In this document: piece after piece, positions 1 to 9,927 of the stretch
How the letters are laid out: each line of letters opens with the position of its first letter
How positions within the stretch are numbered: the stretch's first letter is position 1
The notes under the pieces: generated by a model
What the model was told of the DNA's origin: nothing
Databases searched by the model: none
The model's input: the letters and a program-made list of their open reading frames with translations, nothing else
Assembly: GCA_963821525.1 (NCBI GenBank)
Contig: CAWGED010000004.1
Location: 352,001-416,000 of the forward strand
Origin: an uncultured Gemmatimonadales bacterium
GTDB lineage: Bacteria > Gemmatimonadota > Gemmatimonadetes > Gemmatimonadales > GWC2-71-9
Reading direction: 5' to 3'
Length of the DNA: 64,000 nucleotides
Program-made: the position numbers and the translations under genes

Positions 1-2
1 CC

Positions 3-527
3 GGTCTCGAGGGCCGGATCCGCGCAGGCGCCGACCGGCTGATCGGATCCTCACGCCTCGCGCTCGGCCTGACCTTCAGCACCTTCGACAACGATCAGTT
101 CAGCGGCCTTGCAACCGGAAGTGGTCGGTACAGTCCCGGCAACCGACTGATCGGCGAGGTGAATCTGACCTCTCCTGCCGGCTCCGGCAGCATCACCGCT
201 TATGCCTGGGACTTCTATCGCACCGCCGGCGACAATTCGGCGGTCGCCACCTCCAACAAAGAGAACGTGCTCACCTTCGGGCTTTCCGGCGGATGGCCAC
301 TCGGCCGCACGGTTCAGTTGCAGCCGCTGGCGGAAGCACGGCTCTGGTCTCCGGATGAGGGAAGCGGCCAACTTTATGGCGCCGGTGCTGCCCTGCGCTT
401 CACGCTATCTCCTCGACTCGTCTTCGCTCCCGGTGGTCGATTCGACTTTGGATCGATCGAGCAACTCGGGACATCCTACTCGCTGACCGGCTGGGGATTC
501 TCCGGGCTTCTGCGGTATAACTTCTGA
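3..527 (+). CDS. 5'-truncated hypothetical protein, probable outer-membrane beta-barrel C-terminus
   Basis: Frame open from base 3 to TGA at 527; amphipathic strand-like segments ending ...GLLRYNF (terminal Phe typical of OMPs). Confidence 0.55.
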   Translation, partial: GLEGRIRAGADRLIGSSRLALGLTFSTFDNDQFSGLATGSGRYSPGNRLIGEVNLTSPAGSGSITAYAWDFYRTAGDNSAVATSNKENVLTFGLSGGWPLGRTVQLQPLAEARLWSPDEGSGQLYGAGAALRFTLSPRLVFAPGGRFDFGSIEQLGTSYSLTGWGFSGLLRYNF

Positions 528-656
528 CAAACTATAGATTTAGGTTAGCACGATCGGCCGGGCTTATTCTGATCCAATAGTAGTAGTGCTAGCTACGCCT
601 TATGGAGAAAGCGGGACCAGTCTTATTTCCCGCTCCGAAGGCCTAGGCGCAATCGC

Positions 657-685
657 TTGACTGGCACAGCGGGCAACGATACGTT
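657..685 (+). promoter_or_regulatory. sigma70-like promoter
   Basis: TTGACT (657-662), 17-nt spacer, TACGTT (680-685), upstream of GGAGG and the ORF at 700. Confidence 0.4.
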
Positions 686-699
686 GGCCCGCCCGAAAT

Positions 700-1056
700 T
701 TGGAGGACAGCTTGGCTTCGGAACTCGGCGGCTCCCAGATCTCGACGCTCCTGGAGACTCTGCCTGGCATCGCAAACGTTCTGCGAAGCCCGGTGGCCGA
801 TGCGTTGCTTAACGTGATTCGCTCCGCGGCACGACTCGCGGAATTTCAGATTGCCGATGCGGATGAGCTGGTGAAGTACGCGGTGCGGCGGGGACTGGTG
901 GGGGCGGAAGAGGGCGACCGGGTTCTGATGGAGATCCACGCGGCCCATCAGCGCCGGATCGAGAAGTCCGAGGCTCGGATCCGGCCGGTTAAGGCGAAGG
1001 CGAAACCCAAGGCCAAGCCGCGTGCAACGAAGCGGCCGGCGAAGAAGCGCCGGTAG
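700..1056 (+). CDS. hypothetical protein with Lys/Ala/Pro-rich basic tail
   Basis: 118-aa ORF ending ...KAKAKPKAKPRATKRPAKKRR. Confidence 0.7.
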   Translation: MEDSLASELGGSQISTLLETLPGIANVLRSPVADALLNVIRSAARLAEFQIADADELVKYAVRRGLVGAEEGDRVLMEIHAAHQRRIEKSEARIRPVKAKAKPKAKPRATKRPAKKRR

Positions 1057-1071
1057 AGCAGTAGTCCAACC

Positions 1072-2766
1072 TCAGGTTCTGAATCCCTCGACCAGTTTGC
1101 TGAGTCGGCCAGACGCGTCGAGCAACTCGCTCGCCGAGCTGGCCATGTCCTCGGTTGACGCGCTCTGCTCTTCGGCCGCGGCTGAGACCTCCTCGCTGCT
1201 GGAGGCATGATCCGCGGCGGAGCGGGAGACTCCCACGGTCCGTTCCGCCAGATCCGCCACGACAACCCGATTCTCCTCAGTATGCTTGGCCACCATCGCG
1301 GCTGCTTCCTGCACCTCAGCGATGGCCTTGCCGATTTCCTCGAAGCCTTTCCCCACTGCTTCGGCGACATGCTCGATCCCGCTGACCTTGTTGGTGCCCA
1401 CCTGCATCGTCTCTGACACTTCCCGCACCTGGGTGCGGATGAATTCGACGGTCTTGGTCACTTCCTCGGCGGCCCGGGCGCTGGAGTCCGCGAGCTGACG
1501 GACCTCTTCGGCCACCACCGCGAAGCCGCGGCCGTGCTCGCCCGCCCGGGCCGCCTCGATGGCTGCGTTCAGCGCCAGAAGGTTGGTCTGCGAGGAGATC
1601 TGCTTGATCAGGTCGATGAACTGAGTGATCTGCTCCGACCGAGCGGCCAAGGCTCGCACCTGCTGGGCCGAAGTGGTCACGACTTCACGCACGTCCAGGA
1701 GGGTACGCCGCGCAGTCTCGACATCGGCGTGGTGCCGCGCGGAGACCCGACGGATCTCTTCGCCGAGGCGGACGACGCGTCCCGCGGCCTCGGCGTTGGT
1801 GGCGGCACCGCTCCGCAGAGCGGCGAGGAGCTGATCCGCTTCTGACATGCCGTGCCGCTGCTGCTCGGCGCCGGCCGAGATCTTCACCATCGCGGCGGAG
1901 ATCTGGCCGCTCGACGCGGCGATCTCCTCGCTCATCGCCGAAAAATCTCCCGCGCTGGCGCCCAGGTGCGAGGACTCCTTCACCACCGCCGCGACCACCC
2001 CGCGCAGCTGTCCCGCCATGTTGTCCAGCGCCCGGGCCAATCTCGCCAGCTCCTGAGGCATGTCGGAGAGCTGAATAGCCCGCAGGTCTCCCGCGCCGAA
2101 GCGATCGGCCGCGGCGATCAGCCGGTTGAGCTGCCGGTCCACTTCTCGCACGGTCCAGGTGGAGGCGCCGGCGCCGACCACGAGCGCGATGATGCACAGC
2201 AGAATGACCAGCGCCTGGTTGCGGCTGGCCTTTCCACGGAGAGCCTGTGCCCGGTTCAACGCCTGCTCGGCCTGCGCGTCGCTGAGGCGGCGCACGTCGG
2301 CAACAAGGCTGTCGGTCGCACCGCTGGCCCGCGCCGCGATGGCCCGGGCCTGGTCAGGCTTCCCGATGTCGGAGAGCGCGTGGGCGGTGGCGTACGCCAC
2401 CTCGAGAGTCGCCTGATTGGCGGCGATCTCATTCACGATCCGGCGATCGGCATTGCTGAGGGTCTTCAGTTCGCGGTAGCGAGACTGATACGAGTAGGCA
2501 GAATCGCCGTTCGCAACGAACTCTTCCTTCACCTCGGGACTCGGGTTCAGCAGGTAATGCTCCGCGGCGCGAATCTCCCCCAGCACGGAGGTGACCAGGG
2601 CGTTGGCGATTTCGGCGCCGGTTTGCACCGTCTGCATATCCGTCTCGACCGTACGGCTGATCGAACGGATCGACCAGGCGCCGAGCACCGTCATGGCCAG
2701 CACCAGGACCATCAACGCCGCCATCATGACGCCAATCAGGCGGCGAAGGCTGTGCGACAGTTTCAC
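1072..2766 (-). CDS. methyl-accepting chemotaxis protein
   Basis: Two TM helices, HAMP region, signalling hairpin [34 protein letters not shown]. Confidence 0.95.
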   Translation of the reverse strand: MKLSHSLRRLIGVMMAALMVLVLAMTVLGAWSIRSISRTVETDMQTVQTGAEIANALVTSVLGEIRAAEHYLLNPSPEVKEEFVANGDSAYSYQSRYRELKTLSNADRRIVNEIAANQATLEVAYATAHALSDIGKPDQARAIAARASGATDSLVADVRRLSDAQAEQALNRAQALRGKASRNQALVILLCIIALVVGAGASTWTVREVDRQLNRLIAAADRFGAGDLRAIQLSDMPQELARLARALDNMAGQLRGVVAAVVKESSHLGASAGDFSAMSEEIAASSGQISAAMVKISAGAEQQRHGMSEADQLLAALRSGAATNAEAAGRVVRLGEEIRRVSARHHADVETARRTLLDVREVVTTSAQQVRALAARSEQITQFIDLIKQISSQTNLLALNAAIEAARAGEHGRGFAVVAEEVRQLADSSARAAEEVTKTVEFIRTQVREVSETMQVGTNKVSGIEHVAEAVGKGFEEIGKAIAEVQEAAAMVAKHTEENRVVVADLAERTVGVSRSAADHASSSEEVSAAAEEQSASTEDMASSASELLDASGRLSKLVEGFRT

Positions 2767-3902
2767 TGGCCCCCCGCGGGCTGAACGTTGGCTCCCTGCA
2801 CGATCCCGATGATCACACGCTGCTCCGGTACGTCGCCATTCTCGTCGAAGGCGATTTTTCCGGTGACTCCTTCGAAAGCCGGCGTGGTGCGACCGACCGC
2901 CGCGACGGCGTCACGAATCGCTTTGCGGTTGGTGCCCGCGGATTCGATCACGTCGCGCAGCAGGTACACCACGTCATAGGTCGCCGCGGCGGGCTGGTTC
3001 GGCAGGCCCGCGTCGGGATACTTGCGCCGGTAAGACACGGTGAACTGGCGATTCTTGGGGCTGTTGACCCCCGGAAGATACGCGGCGGAGACGTAAGTGC
3101 CTTCCGCCAGCGGGCCCGCTTCTTCGATACCTTCGAGTCCGTCGCCGCCCATGAAGGGAACCTTGAGTCCGCGCTTCCGGGCGCCAAGGAGCGCCTCCTC
3201 GGCCTCGCTGCGGTTGCCCGCGACGAGAACAAACTGGCTGCGCTTTCGCAGGACGATCCGGTCCAGGTAGGCGTCTACGTTCGGCGTGCTGCCCAGATAG
3301 GGATCGGACTCGAGCACGGTGCCGCCCCGCTGGGTGAATTCGGCAGCGAAGGTCCGCCGGATGCCGCGGCCATAGTCGTCGTTCAGGTACAGGATCGCGC
3401 CACGGTCGAGCCCGAGCTGTTCCCTGGCGTAGCGAGCGAGTGCCGCACCGTGGGCCATGTCGCTGGGGCAGACCCGGAAGGTGTAGGCGCCGGCGGTGGT
3501 CACATCCGGCGATGAAGACGAGGGGGAAATCTGGACTACGGGATCGCTTGCGTCGTTATAGACCGGAGCGGCGGCCAGCGTAGTGCCCGAGTACACGTGG
3601 CCGATCACCGCGACGACCCTCTCCCCCACCAGCGCAGACGCGACCGCAACCGCCGAATCGGGATCACCGAAATCGTCCCGGGCCACCAGTTCCAGCGGCC
3701 GTCCCCGCACCCCGCCCGCCGCGTTGATTTCCTCCACGGCCAGTTCGGCCGCCCGCTTCATGGGTGCCCCGACCGGATCGCTGAACGGCCCTGCGAGGCC
3801 TATGCGAATCGGTCCGCCGCTGTCACCACACGCGGCGAGGGAGAGAAGCAGGAGCGACTGGATTTGGACGACAAAGAAGGTGCGACACAAGCGAGCGAGC
3901 AC
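2763..3902 (-). CDS. branched-chain amino-acid-type ABC substrate-binding lipoprotein (LivK/LivJ-like)
   Basis: Lipobox [48 protein letters not shown]. Confidence 0.9.
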   Translation of the reverse strand: MLARLCRTFFVVQIQSLLLLSLAACGDSGGPIRIGLAGPFSDPVGAPMKRAAELAVEEINAAGGVRGRPLELVARDDFGDPDSAVAVASALVGERVVAVIGHVYSGTTLAAAPVYNDASDPVVQISPSSSSPDVTTAGAYTFRVCPSDMAHGAALARYAREQLGLDRGAILYLNDDYGRGIRRTFAAEFTQRGGTVLESDPYLGSTPNVDAYLDRIVLRKRSQFVLVAGNRSEAEEALLGARKRGLKVPFMGGDGLEGIEEAGPLAEGTYVSAAYLPGVNSPKNRQFTVSYRRKYPDAGLPNQPAAATYDVVYLLRDVIESAGTNRKAIRDAVAAVGRTTPAFEGVTGKIAFDENGDVPEQRVIIGIVQGANVQPAGGQ

Positions 3903-3983
3903 GTAGACTCCATGCAGGTTCGGATGAGGGGCGGACGAAGGCTATAGTTGCGTCGCTCCCGGGGCAATCCCTCTATTCCAGGG

Positions 3984-4268
3984 ATGCAGGAATGGACCTA
4001 CCGCGCCCCGGTGGCGACCTTCGATCTCCACGGGCAAAGCGTGCTCGAGGCGGTTGGCAACGCCGAAGCCTTTCTGGCGGTGCAGGCGCGAGTACGACGC
4101 GGCGCAGTAGTGCGACTGATTACCGGAAGGGGACGCGGTGGTCAGGGCGCACCGATCCGGACTCGGGTACGCAGCCTGCTCAAGCGACTCAGGACCGAAG
4201 GGCGGCTGGTCCGGGACTACCTGCTGGAAGACAGTGAAGGAAGCTTCCTGATTCTGCTTTCTGACTGA
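3984..4268 (+). CDS. stand-alone Smr/MutS2-domain protein
   Basis: FDLHG and LITGRG motifs. Confidence 0.8.
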   Translation: MQEWTYRAPVATFDLHGQSVLEAVGNAEAFLAVQARVRRGAVVRLITGRGRGGQGAPIRTRVRSLLKRLRTEGRLVRDYLLEDSEGSFLILLSD

Positions 4269-4269
4269 G

Positions 4270-4823
4270 CTATTTCCCCCCGGTTTCCCGGGTCTTCCCC
4301 CAGTCATCGAGCAAGCGGCCGTCGACCAGGCTGACCGAAGCCAGCTTCTGGCTCTTTTCGATTCGCCAGGTGAGTCGCAGCATCCGGCCCTGCCGGACCC
4401 ACTGCATCATCCACTGGGTGCCCTGGACTCGCGCCCCGACCGATCCGAAGCGGTTTTCGAGAGTGTCTTTCCAGTCGGTGAGCTGTGCGGCGTTCACCGG
4501 ACCGGACAGGGTCAGCACCATGGTGAGGCTGTCGATCGCGGAGAGCCACAGTGAGACGGGCGTCCCGGCCTTGGGATCCCAGAGGTCTGCCCGGCACTCC
4601 GAGACATTGGGATCCCGCTTGGCCTTATCGCAGCGAAGCCGCTTGCCACCGAGTTCCTGCACGAGGTCGGAGACTTCGGTGAGCGAGGCGCCGGCGCGAA
4701 AGCCCAGGAATTCGAGCGGCGGGGGATCGTCGGGCACGGCCGAGGACTGCGCGCTGAGGCAGGGCGCCAGCGCGAGGGCCGCGACCAACGCCGCAAGGCG
4801 CAGGCGACCGCCCCGAGAATCAC
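4270..4823 (-). CDS. hypothetical exported protein (start uncertain)
   Basis: Signal-like LAALVAALALAPCLSAQ followed by a globular region. Confidence 0.55.
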
Positions 4824-4882
4824 TCGGGTCAGCCGCCGTCCGCCTTACAGTTGCTGGAAGGGTACGATGGGGTACGACGCGT

Positions 4883-5083
4883 TCAGGCTTTGCGGACGTT
4901 TGACGCCTGCAAGCCCTTCGGGCCTTCGACAATGTCAAATTCTACCTGGTCACCTTCGGCGAGCGAGCGAAATCCATCCATCATGATCGCCGTATGATGG
5001 ACGAACACATCCTTGCCACCCTCTTGGGCGATGAACCCGAACCCCTTCGCATCGTTGAACCACTTCACAGTACCCTTCGCCAT
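4883..5083 (-). CDS. csp: cold-shock protein (CspA family)
   Basis: [18 protein letters not shown]...DVFVHH...[10 protein letters not shown], 66 aa. Confidence 0.97.
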   Translation of the reverse strand: MAKGTVKWFNDAKGFGFIAQEGGKDVFVHHTAIMMDGFRSLAEGDQVEFDIVEGPKGLQASNVRKA

Positions 5084-5289
5084 CGCTGCAACCTCTTTGA
5101 ATGGGAGCTCACCGGCTCCGGAAACATCCCAGCCCGAATGGCCGGGAAAAAAACGAGCCGTCGGAGCAGTTGTCCGAGCGGCGATGACTGCCTGAGATCT
5201 ATGAACTGGAGTTCGACTGCAGAAGCATGGCCATAAGGTCAGGTTCAGGCCGAAACTTGTCAAGAAGGGCGAGTGACCCCCCGGGCGGG

Positions 5290-5817
5290 TTAGACCAGGC
5301 GCACACCGGAGACCCGGATTTCATGGTCGAGGAGCCAGCGCTTCCGGTCCAGCCCCCCACCGTAGCCAACCAATCCCCCGCGCTTCCCCACGACCCGGTG
5401 GCAGGGAATGACGATGGCCAACTTATTGGCCCCGACGAGTTGTCCAATCTGGCGAGCGTGGAAGCCCGTCGCATGGGCCAGCTCCTCGTAGCTTCGAGTT
5501 TCTCCCATGGGGATGTCGCACAGGAGGCTCCAGACTTTCTCCTCCGCCCCGGTCAGCTCCAGATGTTCCCGAAGGTATTCCGGGAAGGGGAAGCCGCGAG
5601 GCCGACCCTGGAAATAGCTCTGAAGCAATCCGACCGTCGTCTGGCAGCGCCCCAGCTCGATCTGCGCGCCCGGCCGGCGGGCTCGCAGGCTCTCGACCCA
5701 TTTCATGCGTCCCGCGCGCAGGGCGTACTCGACAACCATGGGCTGCCCATCCACCTCGGCCAGAATCAGGGAGCCGATCGGGGAAGGGAACGTGGTCCAG
5801 GTATAGTGGGCGGCCAT
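5290..5817 (-). CDS. ogt: methylated-DNA--protein-cysteine methyltransferase
   Basis: [15 protein letters not shown] active site, [15 protein letters not shown]. Confidence 0.92.
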   Translation of the reverse strand: MAAHYTWTTFPSPIGSLILAEVDGQPMVVEYALRAGRMKWVESLRARRPGAQIELGRCQTTVGLLQSYFQGRPRGFPFPEYLREHLELTGAEEKVWSLLCDIPMGETRSYEELAHATGFHARQIGQLVGANKLAIVIPCHRVVGKRGGLVGYGGGLDRKRWLLDHEIRVSGVRLV

Positions 5818-6012
5818 GGGTGGTGAGGAGATATCCCGGGAACCATCTCTCGGCAAGGCGCTGCCGCGCTGAAACCAGCCGACCCGCTAATGTCGTAGAC
5901 TCGCCGGAACCCTTATATCTCGCGTCGCGAAGAGAGCTCGGAAGGTCGCCTGATAGCCTCCGGCTGTACTCGTTCCGTAGATTTACCTTCAACTCCCCGC
6001 TCGAGGTTTCTC

Positions 6013-8011
6013 ATGATTGCAGCATTGCTGGTCGTCGCCCTGCTTCAACAACCGACCGCGCCTCCGCCGCCGCCCAAGCCGACGATGCAATCGCCGATTG
6101 CCAAGGCAGTGGTGCAGCCGGCCGAGGCGGCCGTGACGGTGGGCGATACGCTCCGGCTCTCGGTTTCCGCCTTCGATTCAGCCGGGCGGCCCTATACCGA
6201 CTATTCCTCGAACTGGTTCACCTCGGGCGGATTCTTCGAAGGAGGAGTGGACTCGACCGGACTCGTCACCGGCGGATCCACCGGAACTCTCAATGTCACG
6301 GCCCTGGTCCGTCCCAAGAGCGGGGGCAAGCCGGTCACCGCGATAGCGCGAATCACGATCCTGCCTCCTCCGGCCGCCCGCGTCGATCTCGATCCGGTGC
6401 CCACCAAGCTCTACGTCGGGCAATCCGTGCTGATCACCGCGACGCCCTTCGCGGCGAACGATGATCGGCGTTACGACCAGGTCGCCTGGACTTCAGATCG
6501 GGCGGGTGTCGTCACCGTTTCGCCGGAAGGACGCCTCATGGCGAAGGCGGCCGGCAAGGCGAACATCACCGCTACAGCAGGACGCGCGACCAGAACGATC
6601 CCCATCACGGTCGCGGCGAATCCCGTCACCAGCGTCAGTCTCGACCCGGCCAAGACCAGCGTCCGCGCCGGCGACGTCGTCCCGATCAAGTTCTCCGCCA
6701 AGGCGGGAAGTCGTGCCGTGACCGACGCGGTGCCGGAATGGTCCCTCAATCCGGGCACCGGCGCAGGTCGAAAACGACGGTGATTTCGTCGCCGAGGTCC
6801 CGGGACAATATCGGGTGGTGGCAACCTTCGCCGGCCGGTCGGCGGAGTCGATCATCGACGTGAGGCCTCGCGATGTCCGCCGGCCCACCGAGCTGGTCGG
6901 GCGCCTTCCGATCAAGGGACAGGCGGCAGAGTTCTGGCTCCATCCCGACGGGAAGCACGGCTACCTCAGCACCATCGGCGACCGGATCTATGCGATCGAT
7001 CTGTCTGATCCGACCAAGCCAACCATCACCGATTCCGTGGTCGTTGACGCGCGTACCATCAACGACGTAATGACGACCGAAGACGGGAAGTACGGCGTGC
7101 TCACCCGCGAGGGATCATCGGTGCGCAAGAACGGGATCGTGGTGCTCTCTTTCGAGGATCCCGCACATCCAAAGCCGATCGCCGATTTCACCGAGACGGT
7201 TACCGGCGGTGTCCACAGCACCTTCATCTACAAGGGCTATGTCTATTTGACGGACGATGCCACCGGCTCGATGCGGGTGATCGACATTCGAGATCCCTAC
7301 AAGCCGAAGCAGGTCGCGCGCTGGGAAACGCCTCGATCGGCAGCGGGCCGGATGCTCCACGACATCGATGTCCAGGACGGGCTTGCCTATCTGAGCTACT
7401 GGAATGACGGACTGGTGATCCTCGATGTCGGTAAGGGCGTCAAGGGCGGCAGTCCGGAGAACCCGCAACTCGTCTCCCAGTACAAATACGACCTCAACGC
7501 CCTGTATCGAGATGTCGAGGCAGTCGGCGGACCGGGCTTCATTCGCGGTACCCACACCGCCTGGCGCGCAGGCAAGTATGTCTTCGTGGGAGATGAAGTC
7601 TTCTCCGCCAAGCCGCGGCCTACCGAAGGCGGCGGCGTAGTCGGACTGGGCCGTGCCTATGGCCGGCTGCACGTGATCGACGTCTCTGATATCGAGCATC
7701 CCAAGAGCGTCGCCTACTACGAGCCCAAGGACGGCGGCAGCCACAACGTTTGGGTCGCCGGCGATACGCTCTACCTCGGTGACTATCAGGGTGGCCTTCG
7801 GGTGCTCGATATCTCCGGCGAGCTGCGGGGCGACCTGCTGAGGCAGGGCCGGGAGATTGCCCACGTGGTGACCGGAGACAAGGCAGGGAACGTCCCCAAC
7901 GCGGCCAACGCCTGGGGAGCGATTTATCGGGACGGCTACATCTACGTTCCGGACATCAATTCGGGCCTGTGGATTGTGCGGGTGGATTCGAAATCGGAGT
8001 TGAACCCATAG
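6013..8011 (+). CDS. secreted Ig-like (Big_2) plus LVIVD-repeat protein; frameshift near 6760
   Basis: Signal peptide; Big_2-like VAWTSD...VVTVSPEGRLMAKAAGKANITATAG; repeated LxVIDxSDPxxP units in ORF 6815-8011. Confidence 0.8.
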
Positions 8012-8013
8012 AG

Positions 8014-8112
8014 GTCAGCCGTCAGCCGTAAGCCGTCAGCCGTGGGCGCCAAGCCGGGGTATAAGAGCTTGGGCCAAGGCTTACGGCTTATTGCTTAACG
8101 CCTACGGCTGTC
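8014..8112. repeat. inverted tandem 7-mer array (GTCAGCC/GTAAGCC x4 ... GGCTTAC-like)
   Basis: Read directly from sequence. Confidence 0.8.
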
Positions 8113-8161
8113 GCTCCCAGAGAGTCGGCCGGGAACCCAGGCCTCGACTATATTTGGTGCA

Positions 8162-8773
8162 ATGACGACCCCGCAAACCCTGACCATCCGCAGCTTCACC
8201 GACCGGGCTGAAGCGTTGGCGCACTTTGTCTTACGCGCCGGTGAAGCCCCCCGGATTCTGGCGTTCGACGATGCCGTTGGCTGTCCGCTGGACATCGCCC
8301 TGGCGGCGCTCGAATGGACCAAGGTGGTGGGAATCCTCAAGGACGACGACACCGTGCACGCGGCCCGGCTCACCAACGAGACCGCGGCGGCGGTGATCGA
8401 ACGGAAGGGGGAGAACGGGCGCCAATTCGTGTACCTTGGCCCCCGACTCGACGCGCCGCCGATGGACGTATTCGAAGGCGCGGTCCTTTTCGACGAACCG
8501 GGGGTAAAGGCCGTCGAGTTCAGCCAGCGGGCCCACGCGCTGGCTCATTTTCTTCGGGCAACGGCGGGCGTCGGTGCCTTGCTGGCGCTGCTCGGACGAC
8601 GGGCTCCGGAAATCCGGCACCTCCGGCGCTGGCTGGGTCCAATCCTGGCAGAGCTCGACCAGCCGCGCGCCCTCGTTGCGGGCTGGTTCGCCGCCAGCTC
8701 GGCTGGCTGTCTGCTCGCGCCGTGTGATACCGAGGCCAACTTTCGTTACATCGAAGTCGGAATGGAATCGTGA
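8162..8773 (+). CDS. hypothetical protein with internal duplication
   Basis: 203-aa ORF; FTDRAEALAHF and FSQRAHALAHF. Confidence 0.75.
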   Translation: MTTPQTLTIRSFTDRAEALAHFVLRAGEAPRILAFDDAVGCPLDIALAALEWTKVVGILKDDDTVHAARLTNETAAAVIERKGENGRQFVYLGPRLDAPPMDVFEGAVLFDEPGVKAVEFSQRAHALAHFLRATAGVGALLALLGRRAPEIRHLRRWLGPILAELDQPRALVAGWFAASSAGCLLAPCDTEANFRYIEVGMES

Positions 8774-9334
8774 CCGGTAAATCTCTCTTCTTCGCCCTGC
8801 TGCTTCTGCCTTCCGCAGCCCACGCCCAGCAGGTCATTACTCCCAACACGCGCGCACCGCTTTCTCCCGAGAAGGCCAAGATTCACACTGCTCTCGTGAC
8901 TCTGCGTGACTCGCTGCTGGCGGTCCAAAGCGCCGGAGGGCGGCTGGAACGCGATCTCCGCAGCAGCTCCGACGCGGTGCTTCGTTCCCGGGCGCGGACC
9001 ATCAGTGCGGCCTGCGCGAGCTCGAGCCGGGCAGCCGATTCGGCCCAGCAAACGATCTCTGCCAGCCCTGAGCCGGCCAAGGACCCCAAGAAGACACGCC
9101 AGGCATTGCTGGCCTCCCTCAAGGACCTTCGCGGTTCCCTCGACAAGTGCACGGCGGACTTCACCTCATACATCGACCCCGCCAACGCTGAAGATCTGCG
9201 TGGATACGGAGTCAGCCGGTCCAGCAAGACGGACGATGCCATCCAGCGCTACGGCGTCCCGCTTACAGCAGTACTTGGGCTTACTGGACATCGTTATCGA
9301 GCCTGAACTCGGCGCTCGACCCTCCACACCGTAA
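8770..9334 (+). CDS. hypothetical exported helical protein (3' end may be frameshifted)
   Basis: Signal peptide ...AAHA-QQ; overlaps upstream stop (GTGA). Confidence 0.65.
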
Positions 9335-9351
9335 TCTTCGGGTGTTGAACC

Positions 9352-9485
9352 TGTGGATTCACATCTCCACATCGTGTGGAGATGCTCGTTACTTGCCTTG
9401 CAGGACGTGAGTTAGTAATCCACAAATCCTCCACTCGAAGTTGTCTAACCCGAATAAAATCAGGCACTTGCGGGGTTCTTCCACG
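9352..9485. promoter_or_regulatory. cluster of DnaA-box-like 9-mers and an IHF-consensus site
   Basis: TGTGGATTC 9352, ATCTCCACA 9363, TGTGGAGAT 9375, TAATCCACA 9416; AATCAGGCACTTG 9458-9470 fits WATCARNNNNTTR. Confidence 0.4.
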
Positions 9486-9603
9486 TCGGTATCTTGGAGA
9501 GAACCGCCAACTGCAGCGCGTCGGAACCCCCTGTTCTGAAAGCGGAGGCTGGCGAGTCTGAGCGGGATATCAAGGTAGACCGTCTACGTACAAGGGCTCG
9601 GAC

Positions 9604-9895
9604 GGTCAAAGACCTTGGTGATCGCCCCGGTTCAGGCAGATGAAGCCAGTCGCGCGCTTCATCCACCCCGATCTAGCGCCTCGGGATGCAGTGCGAAGGG
9701 TCGGTCCGCGACCCGATCCGACTCGCAGCGCTCGCGCAGATGAACCAGGTGGGACGGCCATCCGGCCTGGGGATCCAAGCCAAGGCCCCACCCCAGCCCT
9801 ACCGATCGGCGGAACAGCCAACCGGCGGCAGGTGGGAGAAGAACGGCAGCGCAAGCTCCGGCCTCGGGTAGTCAGCGTGTGAAACGGTCACCAAG
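9604..9895 (+). ncRNA. candidate unannotated structured RNA (~290 nt)
   Basis: 11-bp closing helix 9614-9624/9885-9895, several nested helices, complementary hairpin loops, no credible ORF; strand inferred from terminator. Confidence 0.6.
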
Positions 9896-9926
9896 CCCCC
9901 GTGCCTGGTGGCCGTTTCGTATTTCT
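9881..9926 (+). terminator. hairpin terminator (possibly bidirectional)
   Basis: GAAACGGTCACCA / TGGTGGCCGTTTC 13-bp stem followed by GTATTTCT. Confidence 0.6.
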
Positions 9927-9927
9927 G

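Noticed and set aside
9352..9485. Chromosomal oriC
   Set aside because: No perfect DnaA box, no clear AT-rich unwinding element and no dnaA/dnaN/gidA neighbours; kept only as a DnaA-box-like cluster
9604..9926. Identification as RNase P RNA, SRP RNA, tmRNA or a cis riboswitch
   Set aside because: Hallmark motifs (GAGGAAAGUCC, SRP helix-8 loop, tRNA-like ends) were not found, and no downstream co-directional gene exists to regulate
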